A stretch of DNA of 64,000 nucleotides from an uncultured bacterium (lineage in GTDB: Bacteria > Gemmatimonadota > Gemmatimonadetes > Gemmatimonadales > Gemmatimonadaceae), in the NCBI GenBank assembly GCA_963978095.1, contig CAXBQP010000002.1, positions 1 through 64,000 of the forward strand. The letters are read 5' to 3'. Positions 47,972-57,308 of the stretch are shown here, one piece after another. How positions within the stretch are numbered: the stretch's first letter is position 1; every line of letters begins with the position of its first letter. A program made the position numbers and the translations under genes. The notes under the pieces are model-generated. The model did no database searches. It was not told where the DNA came from and worked only from the letters and a program-made list of their open reading frames with translations.

Positions 47972-49009
47972 ATGCGCGCCAACACGGCCTTCGCCACGCT
48001 CGCGGACGAGCAGACCTTCTCGGGACGGCAGAAAGCCGCCATCCTCTGCATGGCGCTGGGCGCCGAGGGCGCCGCCAAGATCACGCAGAAGTTGTCGCCT
48101 GAGGAAGCCGAGGCCATCTCGTTCGAGATCGCGCGCATGGATCGTCTCGCGCCCGAAGAGGCCGAAGGCGTGCTGTTGGAGTGGATCGAGACCTCCGTCG
48201 CCTCCCAAGCGTTGAACTCCGGGGGCGTGGACTACGCCCGTGAGATTCTCGAGAAGGCGTTCACGACACAGAAGGCGCAGCAGATCCTGAAGCGGGTCGT
48301 GAGTCAGCTGGCGGACTCCACCGGATTGCGGCGTCTGCGGAACGCCGATCCGCAGCAGGTCGCGACGATGTTCCGCAATGAGCATCCGCAGACGGTCGCC
48401 ATGATCCTGGCGCATCTGATGCCGCAGCAGGCGGCCGCGGTGCTCAAGGAAATCGACCCGACCAATGCGGCGGACATCGCGTTCCGCATGGCCAAGATGG
48501 AAAAGGTCTCGCCGGAGATGCTGCAGCTCATCGAGCGATCCCTCGGATCGGACACCGACCTCAATATCCAGCAGGGCATGTCGGCGGCCGGTGGCCCGGC
48601 CGCGGTGGCGGCGGTGCTCAACCTGATGCAGGGCACCATGGAGAAGGAGATCCTCGCGCAGGTCGCCGCCCGGGACCTCACCCTCTCCGAGCAGATCAAG
48701 CACCTGATGTTCGTGTTCGAAGATGTCATCGGCCTCGACGACCGCTCGGTGCAGCGCATCTTGCGCGACATCGACAACAAGACCCTCGCTCTGGCGCTCA
48801 AGGGGGCCAGCGCGGAACTGAAGACCCGGATCATCGGCCAGATGTCGCAGCGCGCGTCCCGGGCGTTGGCCGACGAGATGGAAATGCTCGGACCGGTCCG
48901 CATGCGGGATGTCGAAGCGGCGCAGATGGGAATCGTTGCGCAGATCCGTACGCTCGAGGAGGCCGGAGAAATCGTGCTGGGCGCCAGCGCCGACGACCTT
49001 GTCGCGTAA
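47972..49009 (+). CDS. fliG: Motor switch protein FliG
   Basis: KAAIL, GGVDYA, EHPQTVA, MFVFED, MSQRA. Start uncertain (47963 or 47972). Confidence 0.96.
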   Translation: MRANTAFATLADEQTFSGRQKAAILCMALGAEGAAKITQKLSPEEAEAISFEIARMDRLAPEEAEGVLLEWIETSVASQALNSGGVDYAREILEKAFTTQKAQQILKRVVSQLADSTGLRRLRNADPQQVATMFRNEHPQTVAMILAHLMPQQAAAVLKEIDPTNAADIAFRMAKMEKVSPEMLQLIERSLGSDTDLNIQQGMSAAGGPAAVAAVLNLMQGTMEKEILAQVAARDLTLSEQIKHLMFVFEDVIGLDDRSVQRILRDIDNKTLALALKGASAELKTRIIGQMSQRASRALADEMEMLGPVRMRDVEAAQMGIVAQIRTLEEAGEIVLGASADDLVA

Positions 49010-49628
49010 CCCGTCGGCTCGGAAATCCGCGCCCAGCGCGTGGTCGCTCGACGACTTCGGCGCCTTCCGAAAGGAAACTGCCGCGGAAGCCCCCGTCGAT
49101 CCCGGGCCGTCGGCCCAGGAACTCGCGATCGAGGAGGCGTGGCAGGCCGGGTATCAGGCCGGGCGTCTGGAAGGAGAGATGGCCGAACAGGCGCGCTTGG
49201 CCCCGACCTTGCGCGCCGCGTCCGACGCGATCGACGACATCCGGGCCTCCGAGGAACGGTGGCAGGGTGCGATCGAGGAGAACATCATCGCCCTCGCGAC
49301 CGCGATCGCCCGGCACTTGGTGGATCGCGAGATGGAAACGGACGTCACCGTCGTCTCCTCGCTGATCGAGCGGGCGCTCGAAGCCTTCCCGATCGACCAG
49401 CCGGTGCGCGTCCGCGTCAACCCGCGCGACCTGACGGTGATCGAGTCGCTCTCCGCCCACGACCATCCGTTGCCCGGGGCCGCGCGCGGCAACAACGCCC
49501 GCTGGATCGCCGATGCGCGCATCGCACCGGGAGGCGCGATGGTCGAAGGCCGTGAGCGCATCGTCGACGCGCGCGTCGACAGCGCGCTGGAGCGCATCTA
49601 CCGCCGCCTGACCTACACCGGTGCCTGA
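48999..49628 (+). CDS. fliH: Export protein FliH
   Basis: AWQAGYQAGRLEG (GxxxG repeats), VRVNPRD; lies between fliG and fliI. TTG start inferred. Confidence 0.85.
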   Translation: MSRNPSARKSAPSAWSLDDFGAFRKETAAEAPVDPGPSAQELAIEEAWQAGYQAGRLEGEMAEQARLAPTLRAASDAIDDIRASEERWQGAIEENIIALATAIARHLVDREMETDVTVVSSLIERALEAFPIDQPVRVRVNPRDLTVIESLSAHDHPLPGAARGNNARWIADARIAPGGAMVEGRERIVDARVDSALERIYRRLTYTGA

Positions 49629-50952
49629 GCTCCTCGTCCGCCGCGTCGGGGAGATGCCCCGCTTCGCCACCAACGGTCGCGTCATTCGCGTGACCGGGCT
49701 CGTCGTGGAGGTTGCCGGCCTCGACCTGGGGCTCGGCGAGATCTGTCAGCTCTCGTCGTTCACGGACGGTCGCACCGTGCTGGCCGAAGTCTGCGGCTTC
49801 GACAGCGACCGCCTGCTCCTGATGTCGCTCGGCGAACTCGACGGCATCCATCCCGGCGCCATGGTGACGCCGCTCGGACGGTCCTTCGGCATCGAAGTGG
49901 GGCCAGAGCTGTTGGGCCGTGTACTCAACGGACTCGGCCAGCCCATCGACGGGGGACCGAAGCTGCGCAACACCGAGCGCGTCTCGCTGACCTCGGAGCC
50001 GCCGAATCCCCTGCAGCGCCAGATGATCAACGAACCGCTCGAGACCGGTGTCCGCGCGATCGACGGGCTGCTGACGATCGGGCGCGGCCAACGCGTCGGG
50101 ATCTTCGCGGGCTCGGGCGTCGGCAAGAGTACGCTCCTCGGCATGATCGCCCGCCAGGCCAAGTCCGACGTGAACGTGATTGCCCTCCTCGGCGAGCGTG
50201 GACGCGAGGTCCGCGAGTTCCTGGAACATTCCCTCGGTCCTGAAGGACTCGCGCGTTCCGTGGTCGTGGTCGCGACCGGTGATCAGGCCGCCCTCGTGCG
50301 TGCGCGTGGCGCGCTCGTCGCGACCGCGATCGCCGAGTATTTCCGCGACCAGGGCAAGCAAGTGACGCTGATGATCGACTCCGTGACGCGCGTGGCCATG
50401 GCCTGGCGCGAAATCGGATTGGCCGTCGGCGAACCCCCCACCACCAAGGGCTACCCGCCCTCGGTGTTCGCGAATCTGCCGCGCCTGCTCGAACGCGCCG
50501 GCAACGGTGCCACGGGGGGGATCACCGGACTCTACACCGTGCTGGTCGACGGCGATGACTTCAACGAGCCCGTCGCCGATGCTGCCCGTTCGATCCTCGA
50601 CGGACACATCGTCCTCACGCGGAAACTGGCGAGCGCGGGGCATTATCCGTCGATCGACATCCTGGACAGCAAGAGTCGCGTGAAGGATCTCGTCACCGAC
50701 GTGCCGCATCAGGCGGCTGCGCGTTCCGTGCTACGCACCGAAGCGGCGTATCGCGAGAAGGAAGACCTGATCATGGTCGGCGCCTATCAGCGCGGCAGCG
50801 ATCCGCATGTGGACGCCGCCATCCAGTTCCGGGAGCCGATGGTGTCGTACCTGCAGCAGGCACCCACCGAGCATTCGACCCTCGAGCAGACGACGAACGA
50901 CCTGCTGGCGCTCGGCGGCGCGATCGACACGTCGACCGCGCGTCCCTCGTGA
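49621..50952 (+). CDS. fliI: Export ATPase FliI
   Basis: GSGVGKS, GERGREV, GEPPTTKGYPPS. Confidence 0.97.
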   Translation: MPELLVRRVGEMPRFATNGRVIRVTGLVVEVAGLDLGLGEICQLSSFTDGRTVLAEVCGFDSDRLLLMSLGELDGIHPGAMVTPLGRSFGIEVGPELLGRVLNGLGQPIDGGPKLRNTERVSLTSEPPNPLQRQMINEPLETGVRAIDGLLTIGRGQRVGIFAGSGVGKSTLLGMIARQAKSDVNVIALLGERGREVREFLEHSLGPEGLARSVVVVATGDQAALVRARGALVATAIAEYFRDQGKQVTLMIDSVTRVAMAWREIGLAVGEPPTTKGYPPSVFANLPRLLERAGNGATGGITGLYTVLVDGDDFNEPVADAARSILDGHIVLTRKLASAGHYPSIDILDSKSRVKDLVTDVPHQAAARSVLRTEAAYREKEDLIMVGAYQRGSDPHVDAAIQFREPMVSYLQQAPTEHSTLEQTTNDLLALGGAIDTSTARPS

Positions 50953-51404
50953 AATCCGACCGGTTCACCTTCCGTCTCGAGCGATTGCTGTCGCTCCGAC
51001 AGAAGGCGGAGGAGGCCGCTGCCATCGCCCTCGCGGAGGCCCGCAATGCGGAGACGGCAGCGCATGAAGCCAAGGCGGCGCTCGCCATGCACCGTGTGCG
51101 CACGCAGGAGTCGCTGACCCTGCGGGCCGGCGACTCATCGACCGTGGCGAGTTTGCGCCAAGTGGCGATGTTGGTGGAGGATGCGGACCGCCGGATCGCG
51201 CACGCCGACGAGCGATTGACCGCATGCCACAGCACGACGCTGGCCCGCCGGGAGGTCCTCAACGCGGCCATTCAGGAACGCCGCGTGCTTGGACGTTTGA
51301 AAGCGCGCGCCTTGGACAGCTGGCAACAGGCCGCGGCCCGGTCCGAACAGGTCGCCATGGACGAGTTTGCCCAGAAGCGACGGGACGGCACAGAAATTGC
51401 ATAA
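50949..51404 (+). CDS. fliJ: Export protein FliJ
   Basis: FTFRLERLLSLR, coiled coil, EQVAMDE. Confidence 0.85.
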   Translation: MKSDRFTFRLERLLSLRQKAEEAAAIALAEARNAETAAHEAKAALAMHRVRTQESLTLRAGDSSTVASLRQVAMLVEDADRRIAHADERLTACHSTTLARREVLNAAIQERRVLGRLKARALDSWQQAAARSEQVAMDEFAQKRRDGTEIA

Positions 51405-51431
51405 CCAGGAGTCGGACCCTTCCGATCTCCT

Positions 51432-52022
51432 ATGAAACGACTGCTGATTCCCTTCGCCGCGGCACTCCTTGCCGCCGCATCCGGTACCTCCGCGCTCTCC
51501 GTGTCGCAGGCCAAGGCCGCGGCGGCGGAAGCTCAGGCCAAAGCGAAAGTGGTCCACGACAGCCTCGCGCGCGTGGCCGCGGACTCCCTGAAGCGTGTGG
51601 CAGAGGCCAAGCGCGTGGCCGACAGCACCACCGCGGACAGCATCATGGCGTCGGCGTCCCACGCCGCCCCGACACCCGCCACCGTCCCGGCAACCCCTGC
51701 CGCCAAGACGCCCGTCGCGACTGCCGTTGTCAACAAGAGAAGCACCACGCCCGAGCTGAAGCCGCCGACGGCCGGTCTGCTGGCCGGCCCGCTGCAGAGC
51801 GGTGACGCGGTGCTGCCCAGCGGCCGTCTCTCCAAGATTTTCGCCACCATGTCCGCCAAGGACGCCGCCAAGGTGCTCGCGCACCTCGATGACGTCGATG
51901 TGTCGCGCATCCTCGGCGCGGTCAACGACAAGCGGGCGGCCGAGATCCTCGCGCTCCTGCCGTCGGAACGCGCCGCCGCCATCAGCAAGTCCGCGCTCAA
52001 GTCACCCGCGAGCGGCAAGTGA
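51432..52022 (+). CDS. MotE/FlbB/YlxF-like (MgtE N-terminal-like) protein
   Basis: Signal or anchor segment, then LSKIFATMSAKDAAKVL...KRAAEILALL; located after fliJ. Confidence 0.75.
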   Translation: MKRLLIPFAAALLAAASGTSALSVSQAKAAAAEAQAKAKVVHDSLARVAADSLKRVAEAKRVADSTTADSIMASASHAAPTPATVPATPAAKTPVATAVVNKRSTTPELKPPTAGLLAGPLQSGDAVLPSGRLSKIFATMSAKDAAKVLAHLDDVDVSRILGAVNDKRAAEILALLPSERAAAISKSALKSPASGK

Positions 52023-53509
52023 ACAGCATCCCGTCGTTCGTTCCGGTCAACGCACCGGTCGCGCCGACGGCCGACGCCTTCGCCGATGCGCTGAGTGGCG
52101 CAACCTCGTCCAGCGCCTTTGCCGGTGCCTTGGACCGCGCCACACGGGTTCGTGAGACCGACGATCTGGATGCAGCCAACGCCGAGAAGGCGGAAAAGAA
52201 GCGCCGCGAACAGGATGACGCCGAGCGTGCCGCGTCCGGCTCCACCGGTGAAACGAGCTCCGGGACGAGTGCCCTGCGTGCGTTGCTGGCTCGTGCCTCG
52301 CTCGAATCGTCTGGCGTGACCACCCGGGTCGATGCGCTCATCACGGAAAAAGCCGCTCGCGAAGCTGCGGGGAGTGATCCGTCGATCGTCTTCAAGGATC
52401 CGGCACTCCTGCAGCCGGAGTTCCGCAGCAAGCTGGCGCGTGTCGTGCAGCGCGTGAAGGGCGAGACCGGCGCCGATGTCACGATCGCCGAGACCTGGCG
52501 GAGCCAGACGCGACAGAATGCGCTCTATGACCAGGGGCGCTCGACGAGCGGCCCGGTGGTGACCTGGACCCAGAACTCGCGCCATTCGTCCGGGTTGGCC
52601 GCGGATCTCGTGGTCGCAGGCGGCACGGCGAGCCAGTACGCCGCCATGCAACAGATCGCCAATGAGGAAGGGCTTCGGACGCTCGGCGCCAAGGACCCTG
52701 GCCACGTCGAACTGAATCTCGGTACCCTGCAGCAGCAAACCGGCGCGTCAGTGCTTGGCGCGGAGATCAGCGTGGCGGCCCCCGGTCAACAGGCCTCGCT
52801 GGCGCAAGGCGCACAGGTGGCACAGGTGGCCACGGTCGCCCAGGTGGCGGATGTCGCGGAGGTGGCCCATGTCGCCACGATCGCGACCCCTGGCGTTGCG
52901 TCGAAGTCTGACAGCACGGCGGCGGCCGCCACGGGCGCCGGCGCCTCCGTTCGGTCCACCAAGTCGTCGCGTTCGTCGCGCTCCTCTTCCGACTCGCGTA
53001 ACGAGGGCTCGAACGCCGGCAACGGTGGCAGCGGCACGAGAACGCCACAGCCGGCCTTGGTGTCCCAGCTCGGCAGCCCGGTCAACACCGGCGGTGTGAG
53101 TGCCCCGCGGTTCGTCGCGCCGCTGCCCAGCGATGCCGCGGCCCGCGTGGATCGCGTCTTGGCGCTGCAGGATGCCCGTGCCGCTCAGCCCATGAATCAG
53201 ATGCTGCTCCGCGTCGACGACGGCGCCGGCGGCGAGGACCGGATCCGCATCGGGACGATCGGGTCGCGCGTGGGCGCGACGATCGACCTCGCGGACCCCA
53301 CACTCGCGGCCCAGATCGGCCTGCGGGCCGCCGAACTCGGCAAGACGCTGGCTGCACGCGGCCTCTCGATGGATGCGCTGCGCGTGCGCGGCACCGGCGG
53401 CCCCGCGTCGACGACGAACGACCTGCTCAACGCGCTCGTCGCCAATGGCGACCTTGCCCCGACTCCTTCCCGTCGCCGCACCGGCGGCACCACCGGATCC
53501 CAGCCATGA
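52019..53509 (+). CDS. fliK: FliK-like hook-length control protein with internal M15 Zn-peptidase domain
   Basis: Located directly before flgD; low-complexity linkers; C-terminal FliK-C-like beta/alpha pattern; internal WRS..RQ..LY.QGR, SRH-x6-D, DPGH. Confidence 0.75.
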   Translation: MNSIPSFVPVNAPVAPTADAFADALSGATSSSAFAGALDRATRVRETDDLDAANAEKAEKKRREQDDAERAASGSTGETSSGTSALRALLARASLESSGVTTRVDALITEKAAREAAGSDPSIVFKDPALLQPEFRSKLARVVQRVKGETGADVTIAETWRSQTRQNALYDQGRSTSGPVVTWTQNSRHSSGLAADLVVAGGTASQYAAMQQIANEEGLRTLGAKDPGHVELNLGTLQQQTGASVLGAEISVAAPGQQASLAQGAQVAQVATVAQVADVAEVAHVATIATPGVASKSDSTAAAATGAGASVRSTKSSRSSRSSSDSRNEGSNAGNGGSGTRTPQPALVSQLGSPVNTGGVSAPRFVAPLPSDAAARVDRVLALQDARAAQPMNQMLLRVDDGAGGEDRIRIGTIGSRVGATIDLADPTLAAQIGLRAAELGKTLAARGLSMDALRVRGTGGPASTTNDLLNALVANGDLAPTPSRRRTGGTTGSQP

Positions 53510-54189
53510 CCATCCCGATGATCGGTTCGACCGCTGCCAGCAGCGGGGCAACGACGAGCGCGGCCGCCAAGACCATGCTGGGCAAGGACGACTTCATGAA
53601 GTTGCTCGTGGCCCAGATGCAGCATCAGGATCCGCTCAATCCGAGCGACAGTTCCCAGATGGCGGCGCAGTTGGCGCAGTTCTCGTCGCTCGAGCAGCTC
53701 ACCAACATCTCACAACAGATGGCGACGCAGGCCTCGGATTCCGCGACGCTCGTGAACACGGTCAACAACTCCTCGGCCATCGGCCTGCTCGGCAAGACCG
53801 TCACCGTCCTGGACGACACCGTGCAGGTGGGAGGATCCTCTCCGACCACGACCGCGTCGACGATGGTTGGCGCCGGCGGTGGCGACTTCACCGTACGACT
53901 CGAAGACGCGAATGGCTACACCGTGGCGACGCAGCATGTGGGACGTGTCTCCGGCGGTCAGCAGAACGTGTCCCTCGATTCGCTCACCAGTGGGCTCCCG
54001 GCGGGGAACTACAAGGTCGTCTTCGATGTGACCAATGGCGTTGGCAGCACGCAAACGATCGCGCATCCGACCGCCACCGTCGCCGCCCACGTGGACGGCA
54101 TCGGCTTTGGCACGAATGGTGCAGTGGTCAGCAGCGGTTCCAAGCAGTACACGATCGGACAAGTGCTCTCCGTCCACGCGACCAACTAA
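53506..54189 (+). CDS. flgD: Hook capping protein FlgD
   Basis: LGKDDFMKLLVAQMQHQDPLNP, QLAQFSSLEQL. Confidence 0.95.
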   Translation: MTIPMIGSTAASSGATTSAAAKTMLGKDDFMKLLVAQMQHQDPLNPSDSSQMAAQLAQFSSLEQLTNISQQMATQASDSATLVNTVNNSSAIGLLGKTVTVLDDTVQVGGSSPTTTASTMVGAGGGDFTVRLEDANGYTVATQHVGRVSGGQQNVSLDSLTSGLPAGNYKVVFDVTNGVGSTQTIAHPTATVAAHVDGIGFGTNGAVVSSGSKQYTIGQVLSVHATN

Positions 54190-54207
54190 TCCGCACCGAG
54201 GATCTCC

Positions 54208-55521
54208 ATGCTGAACTCGCTCAACACCGGACTCGCGGGACTGAAGAACCACCAGTCCATGATGGACATGATCGGCAACAACATCGCCAACGTGAACACC
54301 CTCGCCTTCAAGTCTGGCCGCATGACCTTCAAGGAAGGGTTCGCGGACATGCTGCAGGGCGCCACGGCCCCGACGACTGGTCAGGGCGGCTCGAATCCGA
54401 TGCAGCTCGGACTCGGCTCGACGATCGGCGCCATCGATACGTCGTTCACGCAGGGCAACTTCCAGTCCACCGGGCGCAACACGGACCTCGCAATCACCGG
54501 CAGCGCCATGTTCGTGACGCGCTCCGGCAATCAGCAACTGTACACCCGCTCCGGCAACTTCCAAGTGGATGGGAACGGCACGCTCATCGCGCCGCCGACC
54601 GGCGCCGTGGTGCAGGGTCGTCTCGCCACCAATGGCATCCTGGGCACCAGCGTCGGCGACATCGTGCTGCCCTTCGGGCAGAAGACGGCCGCGCACGCGA
54701 CCACGTCCATGAAGCTGTCGGGCAACCTCGATGCCTCCGCCCCGGTGTTCGACACCAGCTCGTACCAAGGCAGCGCCGAGGGGTTCAACGCCACCACCGG
54801 CGCGAATCCCGTCAACGCCAAGTCCTGGAGCGAGTCCTCGCTCACCGTCTACGACTCGCTCGGCAACAAGTACGACGTGCGCGTCAACCTGTGGAAGTCG
54901 GGCACCTCGGAGTGGACGTGGGCGGTCGACCCGCAGAGTCTCACCGACGCCAAGGTTCCGGCAGATTCGATCTCCGGCGGTGGTGTGCTCAGCTTCGGCC
55001 CGGATGGCATGCTGACCGCGCCGAGCCCGGGCACAATCAACTTCGCGCCGCCGGGCGCCAAGCCCGTCATCATCAACGTGGACCCCGGGAGCGGAGTCAA
55101 CGGACTCACCGACATCGCCTCTCCGACCACCGCCGTGTTGCGCGATCAGGACGGCTACACCTCCGGCCTGCTGCAAGATTTCACGATCGACCGCAACGGC
55201 GTAATCTCGGGATCGTTCAGCAATGGTCAAACGCTGACGCTGGCCCAGGTGTCGCTCGCCGACTTCAACAACCCCGACGGACTCATCCGTGCCGGCGACA
55301 ACATGTATCAGGCCTCGGCCAACTCCGGCAGCCCCGTCCTCGGCTTCGCCGGCGAAGGCAGCCCGTCGAGCATCACGAGCGGCGCGCTCGAGCTGTCCAA
55401 CGTGGACCTGGCCAGCGAGTTCACGCAGATGATCGTTGCGCAACGTGGCTTCCAAGCCAATAGCAAGGTCATCACGACGTCGGACGAAATGCTGCAGGAA
55501 ATCATGCTGCTCAAGCGCTGA
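54208..55521 (+). CDS. flgE: Hook protein FlgE
   Basis: IGNNIANVNT, DLAITG, YDSLG, LELSNVDLASEF...AQRGFQAN. Confidence 0.96.
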   Translation: MLNSLNTGLAGLKNHQSMMDMIGNNIANVNTLAFKSGRMTFKEGFADMLQGATAPTTGQGGSNPMQLGLGSTIGAIDTSFTQGNFQSTGRNTDLAITGSAMFVTRSGNQQLYTRSGNFQVDGNGTLIAPPTGAVVQGRLATNGILGTSVGDIVLPFGQKTAAHATTSMKLSGNLDASAPVFDTSSYQGSAEGFNATTGANPVNAKSWSESSLTVYDSLGNKYDVRVNLWKSGTSEWTWAVDPQSLTDAKVPADSISGGGVLSFGPDGMLTAPSPGTINFAPPGAKPVIINVDPGSGVNGLTDIASPTTAVLRDQDGYTSGLLQDFTIDRNGVISGSFSNGQTLTLAQVSLADFNNPDGLIRAGDNMYQASANSGSPVLGFAGEGSPSSITSGALELSNVDLASEFTQMIVAQRGFQANSKVITTSDEMLQEIMLLKR

Positions 55522-55533
55522 TCACGGCGCCGC

Positions 55534-55574
55534 CAGAACGCCGCCCTCCACCGGAGGGCGGCGTTCTGCTATTT
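55534..55574 (+). terminator. Intrinsic terminator after flgE
   Basis: CAGAACGCCGCCCTCC-ACC-GGAGGGCGGCGTTCTG then CTATTT. Confidence 0.75.
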
Positions 55575-55586
55575 CGATGCGCCGGT

Positions 55587-55601
55587 CGGCAAGAGTTGCC
55601 G
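55587..55601. promoter_or_regulatory. Candidate enhancer palindrome for the sigma54 activator
   Basis: CGGCAA-GAG-TTGCCG, about 107 bp upstream of a sigma54 promoter. Confidence 0.55.
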
Positions 55602-55707
55602 CATGAGTGAAAGGCACCCCGGACAGCGCTCGCTTTTCCTGAAATATCACACTGTAAGTCATTGTATGTCAATGATTTATCAGTCATTGCCGGCGGTGTG
55701 CTGTCTC

Positions 55708-55722
55708 TGGCACGGCCTTTGC
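55708..55722 (+). promoter_or_regulatory. sigma54 promoter for the fliL operon
   Basis: TGGCAC-GGCCT-TTGC; AT-rich IHF-like TGTCAATGATTTA upstream. Confidence 0.85.
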
Positions 55723-55766
55723 TGTTTATCGCCCCAGAAAGACACCCGATTACTCCTGCCCAGACT

Positions 55767-56300
55767 ATGACAGTCCCGAACACCGCCACGGAAGGCGCCG
55801 AGCAGCCCGCGAAGAAGCCCGGCATGATGCCTATCATCGCAGCCGCGCTCATCGGGATCCTTGTCGGCGCCGCGGCTGGGAGCTTCGTCATCGGACCCAA
55901 GCTTGCCGCATCGATGCACATCGGTACGATGACTGCCGCCGACTCCGCCAAGCTCGCGGAGGCGGAAGCGCCCTCGGGCAAGGAGGGCAAAGAAGGGGCG
56001 TCGAACGTGCACATGATCGAGAACCTCGTCCTGAATCCGGCGGGCTCCAACGGCTCGCGTTTCCTGCTGGTGTCCGTCGGCCTCACGATGAACTCCACGG
56101 GCGCCGCGGCGCGCGTCAAGGAACAGGACGCCGAGGTGCGGGACATCGTCCTGCGCGTTCTCGGCAGCCGCTCAATCAATGACCTCTCGGAGGTCGGCAA
56201 TCGCGACCGGCTCAAACAGGACATCCTCTCCGCCGTCGACTCGCTGTTCAAGGGTCGTTCCGTGAAGAGCGTCTACTTTCCGCAGTTCGTGCTCCAGTGA
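55767..56300 (+). CDS. fliL: FliL
   Basis: TM helix, LVLNPA..RFL, EVRD, VYFPQFVLQ. Start must lie downstream of the sigma54 promoter. Confidence 0.92.
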   Translation: MTVPNTATEGAEQPAKKPGMMPIIAAALIGILVGAAAGSFVIGPKLAASMHIGTMTAADSAKLAEAEAPSGKEGKEGASNVHMIENLVLNPAGSNGSRFLLVSVGLTMNSTGAAARVKEQDAEVRDIVLRVLGSRSINDLSEVGNRDRLKQDILSAVDSLFKGRSVKSVYFPQFVLQ

Positions 56301-57286
56301 CCGCGCCCGCGTCGAATCCTTCGGACGTCGCGGGCGAGGCGCGCGACACCCTGTCGGCGGGTGCGACCCTCGGCGGCAAGGCGGCCAAGCCCGTCACGGT
56401 TCATCCGTACGATTTCAACCGCCCGTACCGTATCTCGACCGACCGCATGCGCACGCTCGAAGCCATCTTCGAGCGCCTGTGCAAGTCGCTCGAAGCGTGG
56501 TTGATCGGCCGCGTGCGCAAGCAGGTGGAGTTCCGTCTGCTGAGTGTCGAACAGAAGACCTTCGGGGAGTTCACCCAGACCCTGCCGGTGCCGTGCGCGA
56601 GCTTCGGCTTCGAGATCGTCAACGCCGGTGGCCAGAAGGGGGTCATCAACTCCGGCGACCTGTTCTCGTTCTTCGTGGTGGATCGCCTGTTCGGCGGTGC
56701 CGGCAAATCGTCCGCCCTCTCCCGCACGTTGACCGTGATCGAGCGCATGACAGTCAAGCTGGTCGTCGAGCGCATCGGCAGCTTGCTGTCCGAGATCTGG
56801 ATGGACTACGTGCCGCTTCAGATCGAGATCACCTCGTTCGAGTCCGTGCCGGAGATGGTGCAGGCCGGGAGCCGCCAGGACCCCGTGCTGGTGGCGAACA
56901 TCGAGTTCTATGCGGATGGCGAGAGCGCGTTGATTCCGATCTGCCTCCCGTTCGGCGTGCTGGACTCGTTCTTCTCGTCCATCGAACAGCAGCGCGTCAA
57001 GCCGATGTCCGGGAGCGACGATGAGCGTCGCGTGACCCGTGAACGGGCGGAAGGCACATTGCGCAGCACGAACGTCGAGGTCTCGGCGCGCCTCCCGCGT
57101 TTCACCCTTCCCTTCCGCATGGTCCTCGGATTGCCGGTCGGTGGCGTCATGGCCACGCCGATCAGTGCGGACACGCCGATGGAACTCTGGGTCGGGGATG
57201 AACCGCGCTATCGCGGTGTGCCCGGCCGCTCTGGCACGAAACTCGCTCTACGAATCACCGAAGACGTCGACGCAACGTCGCGCTAA
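56297..57286 (+). CDS. fliM: Switch protein FliM (lacks LSQxEIDALL)
   Basis: PYDFNRP, VDRLFGG, LTVIE, ICLPF, C-terminal SpoA-like domain. Confidence 0.9.
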   Translation: MTAPASNPSDVAGEARDTLSAGATLGGKAAKPVTVHPYDFNRPYRISTDRMRTLEAIFERLCKSLEAWLIGRVRKQVEFRLLSVEQKTFGEFTQTLPVPCASFGFEIVNAGGQKGVINSGDLFSFFVVDRLFGGAGKSSALSRTLTVIERMTVKLVVERIGSLLSEIWMDYVPLQIEITSFESVPEMVQAGSRQDPVLVANIEFYADGESALIPICLPFGVLDSFFSSIEQQRVKPMSGSDDERRVTRERAEGTLRSTNVEVSARLPRFTLPFRMVLGLPVGGVMATPISADTPMELWVGDEPRYRGVPGRSGTKLALRITEDVDATSR

Positions 57287-57308
57287 ACTCGTCACTCCGA
57301 CGCCCATC

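Noticed and set aside
53373..55463. 696-aa plus-strand and 581-aa minus-strand ORFs over flgD-flgE
   Set aside because: Alternative-frame shadows with no domain signal.
55522..55766. Absence of motA/motB, flgFGAHIJ, flgK and fliA from the cluster
   Set aside because: The cluster runs past the window edge, so absence cannot be claimed.
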